A DNA stretch of 31,295 nucleotides from a candidate division WOR-3 bacterium (GTDB lineage Bacteria > Hydrothermota > Tepidihabitantia > Tepidihabitantales > JAOUPE01). Both the position numbers and the translations under genes were made by a program. Below the pieces are notes generated by a model. It did no database searches, had not been told where the DNA came from, and saw nothing but the letters and a program-made list of their open reading frames with translations. The stretch covers positions 1-31,295 of the forward strand of contig JBDRUX010000017.1 of the NCBI GenBank assembly GCA_039801565.1. The letters are read 5' to 3'. Shown here piece by piece: positions 29,691 to 31,295 of this stretch. Numbering within the stretch: position 1 is the stretch's first letter; each line of letters begins with the position of its first letter.

Positions 29691-30599
29691 ATGCGTGAGA
29701 CCTTATATTCGCTGATTAGCAAAAACAAACTGCGCACCGCCCTTTTCATTATTGGCTTCAGTCTTATCTTGGCAATAGTTGGTTATGCGTTAACCAATAT
29801 CTTTCACTGGGGAACTTCCGGCTATGTCCTTTTTGGTTTATTTATCATCTTTTACAATCTAATTCTCTATTATAACTCCGATAAGTTGGCATTAGCGATA
29901 AGCGGGGCAAAGCCGGCTGACCCCGAAGAGTATCACCGATTACACAATGTGGTTGAAGAACTCTCCATTGCTGCCGGGATACCGAAACCAAAGGTCTATA
30001 TTATTAATGACCCAGCACCCAATGCTTTTGCCACCGGACGCAATCCTCGTCACGCCTCAGTTGCGGTAACTGCCGGACTTTTAGATATGATGAACCGAGA
30101 AGAGTTGCAAGGTGTGATTGCCCACGAGTTCTCCCATATCAAAAACTATGACATCTTATTGATGACGATTGTAGCCATCATTGGTGGTCTTTTAATTTTA
30201 TTCCGTGACCTATTCTTGCGTTCAATGTTCTTTATGCCCAGGCGGCGCGATTCGAGACGCAGCGGCGGGGGAATTGAAGGGATATTAGTCTTAGCTGGTA
30301 TTGCCTTAGCGATTGTTGCTCCAATCTTAGTCGTCTTGATTCGAGCGGCAATTTCAAGAGAAAGGGAATATTTAGCCGATGCCTCAGGTGCTTATCTCAC
30401 TCGGCATCCGGACGGTTTGGCTGACGCCTTAGAAAAGATTGGTCGGTATACGGGTAAATTACGCACTGCCTCGGATGCCACAGCGCATCTCTTTATCTCC
30501 AATCCCTTTGGTAAAGATAAGATGAGCGTAGCTAACTTATTTGCCACCCATCCGCCAATTCAAGCCCGTATCGCCCGATTAAGACAACTGGAGATATAA
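29691..30599 (+). CDS. htpX: M48 zinc metalloprotease HtpX
   Basis: [35 protein letters not shown]. Confidence 0.96.
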   Translation: MRETLYSLISKNKLRTALFIIGFSLILAIVGYALTNIFHWGTSGYVLFGLFIIFYNLILYYNSDKLALAISGAKPADPEEYHRLHNVVEELSIAAGIPKPKVYIINDPAPNAFATGRNPRHASVAVTAGLLDMMNREELQGVIAHEFSHIKNYDILLMTIVAIIGGLLILFRDLFLRSMFFMPRRRDSRRSGGGIEGILVLAGIALAIVAPILVVLIRAAISREREYLADASGAYLTRHPDGLADALEKIGRYTGKLRTASDATAHLFISNPFGKDKMSVANLFATHPPIQARIARLRQLEI

Positions 30600-30621
30600 A
30601 TTATTAAACAAAAATCAACTA

Positions 30622-30936
30622 TTGACATTACAAAAATTAATATTAAGATTAGTCGGGTCAAATAATCTACTGCTCTTTGACAAGTTGGTAGGTTGGGGCA
30701 TAAAGCTCGGCGAACAGGATTGCTTGAATGCTACTGAAGTATTTTTGGGTTGACGCAAATTGTCCAAAAATGATAGGGGTCAACCCAAAATTGATAGCAT
30801 ATTGAAATGTAAGGAGTTAGAGTAATTTTAATGGTTTTTGGCGATTGGAAAAGTTGGTAATTATGGGACAGAAATTGGCAGTTGATACAATGCAACACTT
30901 TAAGTATAGGATAATTAAGGGTTTAGAAAGCCCGCC
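30622..30936 (+). promoter_or_regulatory. CRISPR leader
   Basis: AT-rich non-coding region next to the first repeat; TTGACA-N16-TAAGAT at 30622-30649; 12-bp inverted repeat at 30743-30754/30779-30790. Confidence 0.7.
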
Positions 30937-31295
30937 CTCTGAAACGCTGCCCTGACGAAAAAGGGATTGCGACATTTAGTTGTAGTATTTGATGAAGCCG
31001 GGTTTTGGCAAGATTCCTCTGAAACGCTGCCCTGACGAAAAAGGGATTGCGACTCCAAGCAAAAATGACTTTTCGCTTGTTTTCCGCACCTAAAATTTGC
31101 TCTGAAACGCTGCCCTGACGAAAAAGGGATTGCGACGCATAATGATAATTTTGATATTATTGCAATATTTAGTATCATAATACTCTGAAACGCTGCCCTG
31201 ACGAAAAAGGGATTGCGACTTTTATAATTGGACAGGACTATCGAATGCGTTATGAGGGGTTTTTCCCTCCTCTGAAACGCTGCCCTGACGAAAAA
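30937..31295 (+). CRISPR. CRISPR array with 37-bp repeat, type III-like, truncated by the window end
   Basis: CTCTGAAACGCTGCCCTGACGAAAAAGGGATTGCGAC at 30937, 31017, 31100, 31183 and, partially, 31270; spacers of 43, 46, 46 and 50 bp. Confidence 0.98.

Noticed and set aside
30915..31178. 87-aa minus-strand ORF
   Set aside because: It runs through CRISPR repeats and spacers.

Overview
AT-rich bacterial chromosomal window. The lineage is inferred to be FCB-affiliated, probably WOR-3-like, from five secreted proteins with T9SS/FlgD-type C-terminal sorting domains; this was not checked against a database. The window holds: secreted CTD cargo genes (beta-propellers, a C25 gingipain-like and M14 carboxypeptidase pair, a multi-OB-fold protein); a methionine operon (YitJ/SamT-type Hcy methyltransferase-MTHFR fusion plus an archaeal-like split MetE); paralogous zinc-ribbon RDD and TM2 genes; a GT2-fcl cassette; the PDO-glyA-eno-ftsB block; an orphan ABC solute-binding lipoprotein; tRNA-Sec (selC) directly upstream of an OprO/P-like porin; lemA-htpX; and the leader end of a type III-like CRISPR array cut by the window edge. 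The main leads are: (1) a selC-porin unit that may import selenium oxyanions; (2) the two MetE halves in one frame, separated only by TGA-ACA; (3) a dispersed 8-10 bp-period TTGAAC/TTAAAC repeat family at gene boundaries, with two near-identical copies bracketing GT2-fcl; (4) a consensus promoter and terminator enclosing about 60 nt with no gene (candidate sRNA); (5) an ATC at the start position of the RDD gene.
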